Shown here: in pieces, positions 54,886 through 64,000 of the stretch
Position numbering within the stretch: the first letter of the stretch is position 1
How the letters are laid out: the number at the start of each line of letters is the position of its first letter
Assembly (NCBI GenBank): GCA_043743335.1
Contig: JAYTWR010000149.1
Coordinates: 11,924 to 75,923, forward strand
Length of the DNA: 64,000 bases
Source of the DNA: Burkholderiales bacterium
GTDB taxonomy: Bacteria; Pseudomonadota; Gammaproteobacteria; Burkholderiales; SG8-41
Direction of reading: 5' to 3'
The notes under the pieces: model-generated
What the model saw: the letters and a program-made list of their open reading frames with translations, nothing else
Told to the model about the DNA's origin: nothing
Database searches by the model: none
Made by a program: the position numbers and the translations under genes

Positions 54886-56787
54886 TTAACGTTTGGTCGC
54901 CAGCGCCACGCGTATTTGTTCCAGTGCCGCAGGGTCTTCGATGGTAGTGAGATCGCCAGCATCGCGTCCTTCAGCCAGCGCTTGTATCGAACGCCGCAGC
55001 AATTTACCGGAGCGTGTTTTGGGCAGCAGCGCAATGAAATGCACGCGCGCCGGTCGCCCCAGCGCGCCGATTTGTTTGTCGACGACATCCATGACCGCTT
55101 TTTCCTGCGCCGCCATCAATGCGGGCGTCGCAATCTGTGCGACATCTTTCACCACCGCAAACGCCACAGGGATCTGTCCTTTGATGGGATCGGCCACACC
55201 CACCACGGCAACTTCGGCAATATTGGCATGCGACTGCACGGCCTCTTCGATTTCGCGTGTGCCCAAGCGGTGCCCGGCGACGTTGATCACATCATCGGTG
55301 CGGCCCAGAATGTAGTGATAGCCGTCTTTGTCGCGTATGCCCCAGTCGAACGTGGCGTACACCTGCTTCGAGCGAAAGCTGGTGAAATAGGTCTGCACAA
55401 AACGATCATCATCGCCCCACACCGTGCTCATGCAGCCCGGCGGCAAGGGCGGCACAATGGCGACCACGCCTTTTTCGTCTGCGGCCGCAGGCTGCGCATC
55501 GGATTCACGCAGAATTTGCACATCGTAACCATATACGGGGAAACTCGGCGTGCCCATTTTCAGCGGCGTTTTTTCTACGCCATGCACCGCAGACAAAATC
55601 GGCCAGCCGGTTTCGGTTTGCCAATAGTTGTCGATCACCGGCTTTTGAATGGCATCAGAGAGCCAGCGATGCGTGGGCTCATCCAGCGGCTCGCCAGCGA
55701 GGAACAAATGCCGCAGCGAGGACAGATCGTATTTACTGAGATACGCCGGATCCTGTTTTTTGAGCACGCGCGCAGCGGTCGGCGACGAGAACATCACCGA
55801 CACTTTGTGCGCTTCGACGATTTTCCACCAGATGCCCGCATCGGGGCGTATCGGCAAACCTTCATACAAAATCGTCGTCATACCCGCGATCAGTGGGGCG
55901 TAGACAATATAGGAATGCCCCACCACCCAGCCGATGTCGGACGTGGTGAGCATGGTCTCGCCAGCGTTGCCGCAGTAGATGTGCTTCATCGACGCCGCCA
56001 GCGCCACCGCGTAACCGCCGGTATCACGCTGGATGCCTTTCGGCTGGCCCGTGGTGCCGGACGTGTACAAAATATACGACGGGTCGCTCGACTCCAGCCA
56101 GGTCACCGGCGTATTCACACTGGCGTGTGCTTTGCGCAGCGTGGCGTAATCGAGATCGCGCCCGGCCACCGCTGTGAAATCTTTGTCGATGCCGCGATTC
56201 ACCACGATCACATTGCGCGGCGGATGCTGTGCCAGGCGCAGCGCAGCGTCCACCAGTGGTTTATACAAAATGGCGCGTCCGCCGCGCATGCCAGCATCCG
56301 ACGTAATCATCAGTGCGGGCTTCGCATCGTCAATACGTGTGGCGAGACTCGCTGCCGCAAAGCCACCGAACACCACCGAGTGAATCGCGCCGACGCGTGC
56401 GCAAGCCAGCATGGCGAACACTGCCTCGGCAATCATCGGCATGTAAATCAACACGCGGTCGCCCTTGCCCACGCCCAGCGTTGTGAGCATGGCGGCGGCG
56501 CGATTCACCTCTTTGTACAGTTCGCGATAGGAGTAGGTTTTTTCCTGACCGGTTTCGGTCGAGATGTAAATCAGCGCCTTCTGATCGCCGCGCGTGGCAA
56601 GGTGGCGGTCAATCGCGTTGTAACAAAGATTCGTTTCACCGCCCACAAACCATTTGGCAAACGGCGGTCGGCTGAAATCACACACTTGCGTGAACGGCGT
56701 ATGCCAGTCAATCAGTGCGGCCTGTTCGGTCCAAAACGCATCGCGCTCATTCAGCGAACGCCGGTGAAAATCCTGATAGGCGCTCAT
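54886..56787 (-). CDS. prpE: propionate--CoA ligase-like acyl-CoA synthetase
   Basis: 633 aa with an ACS/PrpE-type N-terminus (FWTEQAALIDWHTPF...), YTSGTTGQPKG, and C-terminal PKTRSGKLLRR. Confidence 0.75.
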   Translation of the reverse strand: MSAYQDFHRRSLNERDAFWTEQAALIDWHTPFTQVCDFSRPPFAKWFVGGETNLCYNAIDRHLATRGDQKALIYISTETGQEKTYSYRELYKEVNRAAAMLTTLGVGKGDRVLIYMPMIAEAVFAMLACARVGAIHSVVFGGFAAASLATRIDDAKPALMITSDAGMRGGRAILYKPLVDAALRLAQHPPRNVIVVNRGIDKDFTAVAGRDLDYATLRKAHASVNTPVTWLESSDPSYILYTSGTTGQPKGIQRDTGGYAVALAASMKHIYCGNAGETMLTTSDIGWVVGHSYIVYAPLIAGMTTILYEGLPIRPDAGIWWKIVEAHKVSVMFSSPTAARVLKKQDPAYLSKYDLSSLRHLFLAGEPLDEPTHRWLSDAIQKPVIDNYWQTETGWPILSAVHGVEKTPLKMGTPSFPVYGYDVQILRESDAQPAAADEKGVVAIVPPLPPGCMSTVWGDDDRFVQTYFTSFRSKQVYATFDWGIRDKDGYHYILGRTDDVINVAGHRLGTREIEEAVQSHANIAEVAVVGVADPIKGQIPVAFAVVKDVAQIATPALMAAQEKAVMDVVDKQIGALGRPARVHFIALLPKTRSGKLLRRSIQALAEGRDAGDLTTIEDPAALEQIRVALATKR

Positions 56788-56833
56788 GTGTTTTCTCCGC
56801 TGGTTGTTTGCCTACATTCTGCGTCTGGCGCAC

Positions 56834-57823
56834 TTACGACATCCTGACCACTGCCCTGCCGCGTATGCCGCCTTGGAGCATCTGGCCAAAGTATGCGCCC
56901 AGATCCGCCAGCGTGATGAGGTTCGCGATATCCGCCAAATGACGTGGCTTCAAATCCGTGGCGAGCCGCTGCCACACTTTGCGCCGCAACGGCATGGGCG
57001 TTGCCGCTGAATCCACGCCAATCAGTCGCACCCCACGCAAAATAAACGGTAGCACATTGGTTTTGAGTTCGATGCCGCCCGCGTTACCGAAGCTCGCAAT
57101 CAGACCGCTTGGGTTCATGGTGCGCGTAAGCCAACCGAGTGGTTCGCCGCCCACCGAATCCAACGCCGCTGCCCACAGGGGTTTTTCCAGCGCACGCGTG
57201 CCGAAGTCGATGGCACCGCGCGCGAGAATGTCACGCGCCCCTAGCCTGCGCAGAAAATCGTGCTCACTGTCTTTGCCGGTCACAGCGGTAATGTCGTAGC
57301 CCTTGCCCGCCAGCATGTCGATAGCCAAACTCGCTACGCCGCCGGTGGCACCATTGACCAACACGGTGCCGTTGCCAGGCGCAAGGCCGTTGAGTTCCAG
57401 CAACTCTACCGCAAGGCCGGCGGTGTAGCCCGCAGTGCCGATAACCATCGCCTCTTGCAAGGACAAGCCTTGCGGCAACGGCACCACCCAAGCGGCCGGC
57501 ACGCGGCATACCTGCGCAAAGCCGCCATCGTGCGCCACGCCGAAATCATAGCTGGTGCAAATGACTTCATCGCCCGCCTTGAAACGCGCATCGCTGGATG
57601 ACAGCACCACGCCCGCCGCATCGATGCCGCCGACCAGGGGATATTGACGGATAACTTTGCCGCCCACGCCGGTAGCCGCCAGCGCGTCTTTGTAATTCAC
57701 GCTGGAATACGCGTTCTTAAAAACGACTTCGCCGGGCATTAGGTCATCCAGGGACAGATCGCTGATACGCCCCTCTATCTTGTTGTTTTCATTGAAGATT
57801 CTGTAAGCGCTGAATTTATCCAT
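56834..57823 (-). CDS. acuI: YhdH/AcuI-family NADPH-dependent acrylyl-CoA reductase-like MDR
   Basis: MDKFSAYRIF..., ...SSVNYKDALA, YDFGVAHDGGFA, typical of the YhdH subfamily. Start chosen at MDKF. Confidence 0.7.
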   Translation of the reverse strand: MDKFSAYRIFNENNKIEGRISDLSLDDLMPGEVVFKNAYSSVNYKDALAATGVGGKVIRQYPLVGGIDAAGVVLSSSDARFKAGDEVICTSYDFGVAHDGGFAQVCRVPAAWVVPLPQGLSLQEAMVIGTAGYTAGLAVELLELNGLAPGNGTVLVNGATGGVASLAIDMLAGKGYDITAVTGKDSEHDFLRRLGARDILARGAIDFGTRALEKPLWAAALDSVGGEPLGWLTRTMNPSGLIASFGNAGGIELKTNVLPFILRGVRLIGVDSAATPMPLRRKVWQRLATDLKPRHLADIANLITLADLGAYFGQMLQGGIRGRAVVRMS

Positions 57824-57830
57824 AGTGACC

Positions 57831-58997
57831 TCAAGGCAGGTGCGGTTGGGCAAGATAGTCGTGCGATTGCATTTCGGTCAAGCGACTCACCAGACGGTCT
57901 TTGAGCGAGGCATTGAGATTCGCCTGAAAGGCATCGGATTGATCGGCTGCGGCAATCAAATCATCGACTGCCACGGGCGCCGACAGAATGAGCTTGACGC
58001 GCCGGTCGTAAAACTCGTCGATCATCCATACAAAGCGCCGCAGCTTGTCAGCCATGCCGGTGCTGAATTGCGGCACCTGGGACACCATCACCGTGTGATA
58101 GCGCTTGGACAGCTCAATGTAATCGGGCTTGCCACGCGGGCCGTCGCACAGTGCGTTGAAATCAAACCAGGCCACGTCGCGCGCGTGGCGACGCACCGGC
58201 ACACTGCGGTTTTCGATCTCCAGTTCAGCATCTTCCGAGATATCGTGCCGCGCGATGGCCATGAACTCGTCGTGCATGCGCGTCTCAGCATCCGCACCGG
58301 TGTGATACACGCCAGCTTTTTCCAATTCGCGCAGCCGGTAGTCCGTGCCGTCATCCACATTCACGATATCAAAGCGCTGTTTGATGAGATCAATGGCCGG
58401 CATGAATTGCGTGCGCTGCAAGCCGTGCAGATAAAGCGAGTCCGGCTCAAAATTCGAAGTCGTCACCACCACCACGCCCTGCTCCATCAGGCCTTCGAGG
58501 AGCTTGCGCATCAGCATGGCATCGGTGATGTCAGTGATGTGAAATTCATCCAGACACAATAGCCGTGTGTCCTTCGCCATGTCACGCGCGACGCCAGCGA
58601 GCGGCTCTGCCTGACCCGTGAGCGCGTTCATGCGCTGATGTACTTCCTGCATGAAGCGGTGAAAGTGAATGCGGCGTTTTTTCGCCACCGGCGCGCAGTT
58701 GAAAAAGCTGTCCATCAAAAAACTCTTGCCGCGCCCTACCCCGCCCCATAGGTACATGCCCTTCACCACGCGCTTGCGCGCCAGCAGGCGGATAAATGAG
58801 GATTCGAGTTTTTCCAGACCGATCAAGTCTTCGGACAAACGCTGCAGGCGCTGCACCGCGCGCATCTGCGAGGCATCAAGCGTAAAGCCGTGTTCTGATG
58901 CGTGCTGTGCGATCCAGTGCGCTACGTCGGCGCTGTCGTGCGGCAGTCGGGCATGGCTATGGCTGGCACCCGCCCCCGATGATACGGCGTTGCTCAC
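57831..58997 (-). CDS. zapE: AFG1-like ATPase ZapE
   Basis: YLWGGVGRGKSFLMD Walker A and LLCLDEFHITD; conserved position after lpdA. Confidence 0.85.
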   Translation of the reverse strand: MSNAVSSGAGASHSHARLPHDSADVAHWIAQHASEHGFTLDASQMRAVQRLQRLSEDLIGLEKLESSFIRLLARKRVVKGMYLWGGVGRGKSFLMDSFFNCAPVAKKRRIHFHRFMQEVHQRMNALTGQAEPLAGVARDMAKDTRLLCLDEFHITDITDAMLMRKLLEGLMEQGVVVVTTSNFEPDSLYLHGLQRTQFMPAIDLIKQRFDIVNVDDGTDYRLRELEKAGVYHTGADAETRMHDEFMAIARHDISEDAELEIENRSVPVRRHARDVAWFDFNALCDGPRGKPDYIELSKRYHTVMVSQVPQFSTGMADKLRRFVWMIDEFYDRRVKLILSAPVAVDDLIAAADQSDAFQANLNASLKDRLVSRLTEMQSHDYLAQPHLP

Positions 58998-59001
58998 TCG
59001 A

Positions 59002-60426
59002 TCAAAGATTCAGCGTACGCCCATCCACCGCCAGCGCCGCCTCTTTCATAGCCTCGGACAGCGACGGATGCGCATGGCAAATCATCGCGATGTCTTCAGA
59101 TGAAGCGCCGAATTCCATCGCGGTGACGGCCTCGCTAATCAGCTCGGATGCCATGGGCCCGATGATGTGTACACCCAGGATACGATCCGATTTTTTGTCG
59201 GCGATAATTTTTACAAAGCCGGTGGTATCACCCAAGGCGCGCGCACGGCCATTGGCCATGAATGGAAACGACCCCGTACGGTATTCGAACCCTTCAGCTT
59301 TGACCTGCTGCTCGGTCTTGCCCACCCAAGCGATTTCCGGCGCGGTGTAAATTACCCATGGCACGGTGTTGAAATCCACGTGGCCATATTTGCCAGCGAT
59401 GCGTTGCGCCACCGCTACGCCCTCTTCTTCGGCTTTGTGCGCGAGCATGGGGCCGCGTACCACGTCGCCCACCGCCCACACATTCGGCAGATTGGTTTTG
59501 CAATGATCGTCCACGGCGACAAAGCCGCGCTCGTCGAGCGTGAGGCCTACTGCGGCAGCATTCAGCCCGGCGGTATGGGGCACGCGGCCGATGGAGACGA
59601 TGAGCTTGTCCACGATCAGCGTCTGCGCTTTGCCGGCGCTGTCGGTGTAGTCAACACTGACCGCTTTAGCGGATTGGATAGCGCCGACTTTAACGCCGGT
59701 ATGTATGGCAAGCCCTTGTTTTATAAAGACTTTATTCGCTTCTTTCGCGACCGCTTCGTCTGCGGCACCGAGAAACACCGGTAACGCTTCGAGTATCGTG
59801 ACCGTCGCGCCCAAGCGCCGCCACACGCTACCCATCTCCAGGCCGATGACACCCGCGCCAATGACGCCCAGCGTTTTGGGCGCTTCGGTAATCGCCAGCG
59901 CGCCGGCGTTGTCGAGGATCAGCTTGTTGTCGAACGGCGCGCCGGGCAATGCGCGCGGGCTGGAGCCAGTGGCGACGATCACATGCTTGGCCACCAAATC
60001 TTCTTCAGTTTTGCCGCTGACTTTGATTTGCCACGCCCCCACCGCACCACCGGCAAATGCGCCGGTGCCGTGAAAAAACGTGACTTTGTTTTTCTTCAGC
60101 AAATACAGAATGCCGTCGTTGTTTTGTTTAACGACCTTGTCTTTGCGTTTGAGCATTTGCGCCACATCCATGCTCAAGCCGCTGACCTTGATGCCATGAT
60201 CAGCAAAGGTATGCGCGGCATGGTCGTAGTTCTCGGACGATTGCAGCAGCGCCTTAGACGGAATACAACCCACGTTGGTGCAAGTACCACCGGGTGCAGG
60301 CTTGCCGTCAGCGGTTTTCCATTCGTCTATGCACGCCACCTGCATGCCAAGTTGCGCCGCGCGGATAGCGGCAATGTAGCCGCCGGGACCGGCGCCGATG
60401 ACCACCACGTCGAAATTTTTAGCCAT
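59002..60426 (-). CDS. lpdA: dihydrolipoyl dehydrogenase (E3)
   Basis: [11 protein letters not shown], redox-active [14 protein letters not shown]-terminal HAHPSLSE. Confidence 0.95.
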   Translation of the reverse strand: MAKNFDVVVIGAGPGGYIAAIRAAQLGMQVACIDEWKTADGKPAPGGTCTNVGCIPSKALLQSSENYDHAAHTFADHGIKVSGLSMDVAQMLKRKDKVVKQNNDGILYLLKKNKVTFFHGTGAFAGGAVGAWQIKVSGKTEEDLVAKHVIVATGSSPRALPGAPFDNKLILDNAGALAITEAPKTLGVIGAGVIGLEMGSVWRRLGATVTILEALPVFLGAADEAVAKEANKVFIKQGLAIHTGVKVGAIQSAKAVSVDYTDSAGKAQTLIVDKLIVSIGRVPHTAGLNAAAVGLTLDERGFVAVDDHCKTNLPNVWAVGDVVRGPMLAHKAEEEGVAVAQRIAGKYGHVDFNTVPWVIYTAPEIAWVGKTEQQVKAEGFEYRTGSFPFMANGRARALGDTTGFVKIIADKKSDRILGVHIIGPMASELISEAVTAMEFGASSEDIAMICHAHPSLSEAMKEAALAVDGRTLNL

Positions 60427-60427
60427 G

Positions 60428-61675
60428 TTAAACGTCCAGCAACATGCGCGCGGGGTCTTCCAGCGCGTCTTTCATCGCCACCAATGACAACACGGCTTCG
60501 CGGCCATCAATAATTCGGTGATCGTACGACAGGGCCAGATAATTCATCGGGCGAATCACGATTTGACCATTCTCAACCACGGGCCGGTCTTTGGTGGCGT
60601 GCACGCCGAGTATGGCGCTTTGCGGCGGATTGATAATCGGCGTGGAGAGCATGGAGCCGAACACCCCGCCATTGGAAATCGAAAACGTGCCGCCGGTGAG
60701 TTCTTCCAGCGTGAGCTTGCCTTCTTGCGCGCGCTTGCCGTAGTCGGCGATGGTTTTTTCGATGGCGGCCAGCGTCAGTTGATCGGCGTTGCGCACGATC
60801 GGCACCACCAGCCCGCGCGGGCTGCCCACGGCGACGCCGATGTCGTAGTAGCCGTGATAAATAATATCGTTGCCGTCGATTGACGCATTCACTAGCGGAT
60901 ATTTCTTCAGCGCATACACCGCCGCCTTGACGAAGAACGACATAAAGCCCAGCTTCACGCCATGCTCTTTTTCAAAGCGGTCTTTGTAACGATTGCGCAG
61001 ATCAATCACCGGCTGCATGTTGACTTCGTTGAATGTGGTCAAAATCGCAGCGGTGGATTGCGACTGAATCAAGCGCTCGGCTATGCGCGCACGCAAGCGT
61101 GACATGGGCACGCGCTGTTCTGGACGCTCGCCCAAGGCGCTGAGATCGACGCTGGGTGCGGCAGCGCGTGCCACGGCGCGCACCACTGCAGGTGCAGCCG
61201 CTTTCGAGGTTGGTACCATAGGTGCCGAAACAGCTGCCGCCGGTTTGAGCGCGTCAATGACATCGCCTTTCGTCACGCGGCCACCGCGACCGCTGCCGCT
61301 GATGGTGCCGGTATCGAGATTATTTTCGGCGGCTAATTTTTGCGCAGCGGGCATGGCGGCGGCTTTTGCAGATGCAGATGCGGGTGTTGCAGTCGCGGCA
61401 GGTGCGCCGCCTGCGGGCGCACTTTCAGACGCCACGGCTTCGGTATCAATCTGCGCGATAATTTCTTTGCTGGCGACGGTGCTGCCATCGCCTTTGACAA
61501 TTTTGATGAGCACACCCGAAGCGGGTGCGGGGGTCTCCAGCACCACCTTGTCGGTTTCGATATCGACCAGATTTTCGTCGCGGGTCACCTTTTGGCCGGC
61601 TTTCTTGTGCCAACTAACCAAGGTGGCTTCTGCTACCGATTCCGACAACTGCGGCACTTTGACTTCGACTATCAT
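60428..61675 (-). CDS. sucB: dihydrolipoyllysine-residue succinyltransferase (E2o)
   Basis: Lipoyl domain (IETDKVVLE), Ala/Pro linker, catalytic SYDHRIIDG. Confidence 0.95.
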   Translation of the reverse strand: MIVEVKVPQLSESVAEATLVSWHKKAGQKVTRDENLVDIETDKVVLETPAPASGVLIKIVKGDGSTVASKEIIAQIDTEAVASESAPAGGAPAATATPASASAKAAAMPAAQKLAAENNLDTGTISGSGRGGRVTKGDVIDALKPAAAVSAPMVPTSKAAAPAVVRAVARAAAPSVDLSALGERPEQRVPMSRLRARIAERLIQSQSTAAILTTFNEVNMQPVIDLRNRYKDRFEKEHGVKLGFMSFFVKAAVYALKKYPLVNASIDGNDIIYHGYYDIGVAVGSPRGLVVPIVRNADQLTLAAIEKTIADYGKRAQEGKLTLEELTGGTFSISNGGVFGSMLSTPIINPPQSAILGVHATKDRPVVENGQIVIRPMNYLALSYDHRIIDGREAVLSLVAMKDALEDPARMLLDV

Positions 61676-61683
61676 GGAATCAC

Positions 61684-61713
61684 CGTAAGTATTTGTTTTT
61701 ATTATGTTTTATT
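61684..61713 (-). repeat. AT-rich junction element, variant core (61686-61698)
   Basis: CGTAAGTATTTGTTTTTATTATGTTTTATT fills the sucA-sucB spacer. Its core is identical to the 13878 copy. Confidence 0.7.
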
Positions 61714-64000
61714 TTAATTCTCTTCGCCTGCTGACAACGGACGTGGCTGGTTTTTCACGCTCAGCGGCTCGCTGCCACCCGACAGGGTCAAAGCCTGATT
61801 GACCAACTCTTTTTGCTGCGCGTCATGCAGCGATTTGTAACCGGCCGCCGGTGTCGCGGAAGACTCTCGGCCCGCGTAAAACAGCTTTTGATGCGGCAGT
61901 AAATTGCGCATCAGATAGTGCTGAATGTGTCGCCATGCCCCCTGATTGCGCGGCTCTTCCTGACACCACACAATTTCGGCGGCGTTCTTGTAGCGCACAA
62001 TCAGCGAGCGGAAATCGTCGTGTGAAAATGGATATAACTGCGCGATGCGCACGATAGGCAAATGCTTGATGCCGCGCGCCCGACGCTCGGCGCGGATGTC
62101 GTAAAACACCTTGCCGCTGCACAGAATCACGCGCTTCACTTGATCAGGCTGGATATCGTTTTCTTCCCAATCCTCGTTCACTGGCTTGAATTTGTCGTTG
62201 GCGAATTCTTCCAGCGGCGACACCGATTCTTTGTGCCGCAGCAAACTCTTCGGCGAAAAAATTACCAACGGCTTGCGATACGGGCGAATCATCTGTCGGC
62301 GCAGCAGGTAGTACATTTGCACCGGCGTGGCCGGCACGCAAATCTGCATGTTGTAGTCGGAGCACAGTTGCAAGAAACGCTCGATGCGCGCCGACGAATG
62401 CTCCGGCCCTGCGCCCTCGTAGCCGTGCGGCAGCATCATGGTCAGGCCGCACAAGCGTCCCCATTTGACTTCACCGGAAGCGATAAATTGATCGATCACG
62501 ACTTGCGCGCCATTGGCGAAATCGCCGTATTGCGCTTCCCAAATGACCAAATCATTCGGGCCTGCCGTGGCATAGCCGTATTCGAAACCGAGCACAGCCG
62601 CTTCTGACAACACGGAATCAATGACGGCAAAGTCACCCTGCTTCGACGACAAGTGTTGCAACGGAATGTGTATGCCTTGATCCCACCGTTCGCGATTCTG
62701 GTCATGCAGCACCGCATGGCGATGGAAGAACGTGCCACGTCCGGCATCCTGCCCGGAGAGACGTATTGCGTAACCTTCGTGCAGCAGCGTGGCATACGCC
62801 AACGACTCAGCCATGCCCCAATCCAGCGCCAGCTTGCCTTCGGCCATCAAACGCCGATCTTGCATGATCTTGTCTACGCGCGGGTGCAACTGGAAATTCG
62901 CGGGCACTTCACACAATTTGCGCGCGAGCATTTGCAGTGTTTCAAGCGGCAGGCGCGTATCGTCTTGCTCGTTCCACTTGATGCCTTTATACGGTGCCCA
63001 GTTGGCCTCGAACGGCGGCTTGTAATTCGACAAAATGGTTTGGTTGGTGTGATAGCCGCGATCGAGTGCATCGCGGCAAGTGGCAACCGCGGCCTCGCCA
63101 TCGGCCTCGTGGGTCACACCCTCACGCACCAAGCGATCCGCGTACACTTTGCGCGGCGTCGGATGCGAATGGATGCGCTTGTACATCAGCGGCTGGGTAA
63201 CCATCGGCTCATCCTGCTCGTTGTGGCCGAGGCGGCGATAACACACGAGATCGATTACCACATCCTTGTGAAACTTCATGCGGTAATCGAGCGCGATTTC
63301 GGTGACAAAACAAACCGCTTCCGGATCGTCGCCATTGACATGGAAAATCGGCACTTCCAGCATCTTGGCCACATCGGAGCAATACAGGGTCGAGCGCGAA
63401 TCACGCGGATCAGAGGTCGTGAAGCCAATCTGATTGTTGATAATGATGTGTACTGTGCCGCCCGTGCCGTAGCCGCGCGTCTCAGCCAGATTCAAGCCTT
63501 CCTGAATCACGCCTTGTCCAGCGAAGGCCGCATCGCCGTGAATAAGCACCGGCAACACCTGCCCGCCCGAGTGATCTTTGCGCCGATGCTGACGCGCGCG
63601 CACAGAGCCTTCAACTACCGGATTGACGATTTCCAGATGCGACGGGTTGAACGCCAGCATGGCGTGCATCGGCCCGCCGGGGGTCATGATGTTAGAGGAT
63701 TGGCCATCGTGATACTTCACGTCACCGGCCAGCACTTCAGGATTTTGCTTGCCTTCAAACGACGAGAACAAATCTTTGGGCATTTTGCCCAGCGTATTCA
63801 CCAACACGTTCAAACGCCCGCGATGCGCCATGCCGATCACCAGCTCTTGCACGCCCGCGGCCCCTGCACGTTGCAGCAGATTGTCCAGCAGCGGAATCAG
63901 CGCGTCGCCGCCTTCGAGCGAGAAGCGCGTCTGACCGACGTACTTGGCGTTGAGGTATTTTTCCAGCGTCTCGGCGGCAGTGAGCCGTTCGAGGATGTGT
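61714..64000 (-). CDS. sucA: 2-oxoglutarate dehydrogenase E1 component (N-terminus beyond window)
   Basis: GMAHRGRLNVL, HGDAAFAGQG, and the frame stays open upstream of the GTG at 63852 to the window edge. Confidence 0.95.
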   Translation of the reverse strand, partial: HILERLTAAETLEKYLNAKYVGQTRFSLEGGDALIPLLDNLLQRAGAAGVQELVIGMAHRGRLNVLVNTLGKMPKDLFSSFEGKQNPEVLAGDVKYHDGQSSNIMTPGGPMHAMLAFNPSHLEIVNPVVEGSVRARQHRRKDHSGGQVLPVLIHGDAAFAGQGVIQEGLNLAETRGYGTGGTVHIIINNQIGFTTSDPRDSRSTLYCSDVAKMLEVPIFHVNGDDPEAVCFVTEIALDYRMKFHKDVVIDLVCYRRLGHNEQDEPMVTQPLMYKRIHSHPTPRKVYADRLVREGVTHEADGEAAVATCRDALDRGYHTNQTILSNYKPPFEANWAPYKGIKWNEQDDTRLPLETLQMLARKLCEVPANFQLHPRVDKIMQDRRLMAEGKLALDWGMAESLAYATLLHEGYAIRLSGQDAGRGTFFHRHAVLHDQNRERWDQGIHIPLQHLSSKQGDFAVIDSVLSEAAVLGFEYGYATAGPNDLVIWEAQYGDFANGAQVVIDQFIASGEVKWGRLCGLTMMLPHGYEGAGPEHSSARIERFLQLCSDYNMQICVPATPVQMYYLLRRQMIRPYRKPLVIFSPKSLLRHKESVSPLEEFANDKFKPVNEDWEENDIQPDQVKRVILCSGKVFYDIRAERRARGIKHLPIVRIAQLYPFSHDDFRSLIVRYKNAAEIVWCQEEPRNQGAWRHIQHYLMRNLLPHQKLFYAGRESSATPAAGYKSLHDAQQKELVNQALTLSGGSEPLSVKNQPRPLSAGEEN

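Noticed and set aside
54916-56847. 643-aa ORF on the plus strand covering the whole prpE-like gene
   Set aside because: It is antisense to a CDS with clear acyl-CoA synthetase motifs. Its translation is R/H/G/A-rich, low-complexity sequence typical of shadow ORFs in GC-rich DNA. The same reasoning rejects 15438-16589, 16514-17473, 27594-28400, 37428-38408, 39785-40597, 49488-50273, 50918-51667, 51898-52746, 10440-11303 and similar ORFs.

Overview
This is a GC-rich chromosomal segment (I estimate about 60-65% GC by eye, not computed). Its core gene order looks betaproteobacterial, probably Burkholderiales-like. It holds about 60 protein genes and one tRNA-Leu(CAG). I saw no rRNA, CRISPR array, prophage or intact insertion sequence. 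Recognisable blocks: rlmB-rnr; purA-hisZ-DUF2065-hflC-hflK-hflX-hfq; a MoxR/DUF58/TgpA operon; yceD-rpmF-plsX-fabH-fabD-fabG-acpP-fabF-pabC-mltG-tmk-holB-tatD; sucA-sucB-lpdA-zapE; and a prpE-like/acuI-like pair. There are also two c-di-GMP signalling proteins, several acyl-CoA and oxidoreductase clusters, and Bug/TctC receptors (one intact, three decayed fragments). A small accessory islet carries a PIN toxin-antitoxin locus and a truncated RayT-like transposase. The most unusual signal is non-coding. At least 25 copies of a 20-35 bp A+T-rich element have a core matching the IHF consensus WATCAANNNNTTR. They sit almost only at gene junctions and often supply stop codons, C-terminal protein tails, start codons or leaders without a Shine-Dalgarno (SD) sequence. 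One copy lies in frame inside a CDS. The second unusual signal is a high density of 6-14 bp tandem duplications. Many lie in 5' leaders or in frame inside genes, and one frameshifts an antitoxin-like gene. I recognised no known defence system. All calls rest on reading the sequence and on remembered family motifs; no searches were run.
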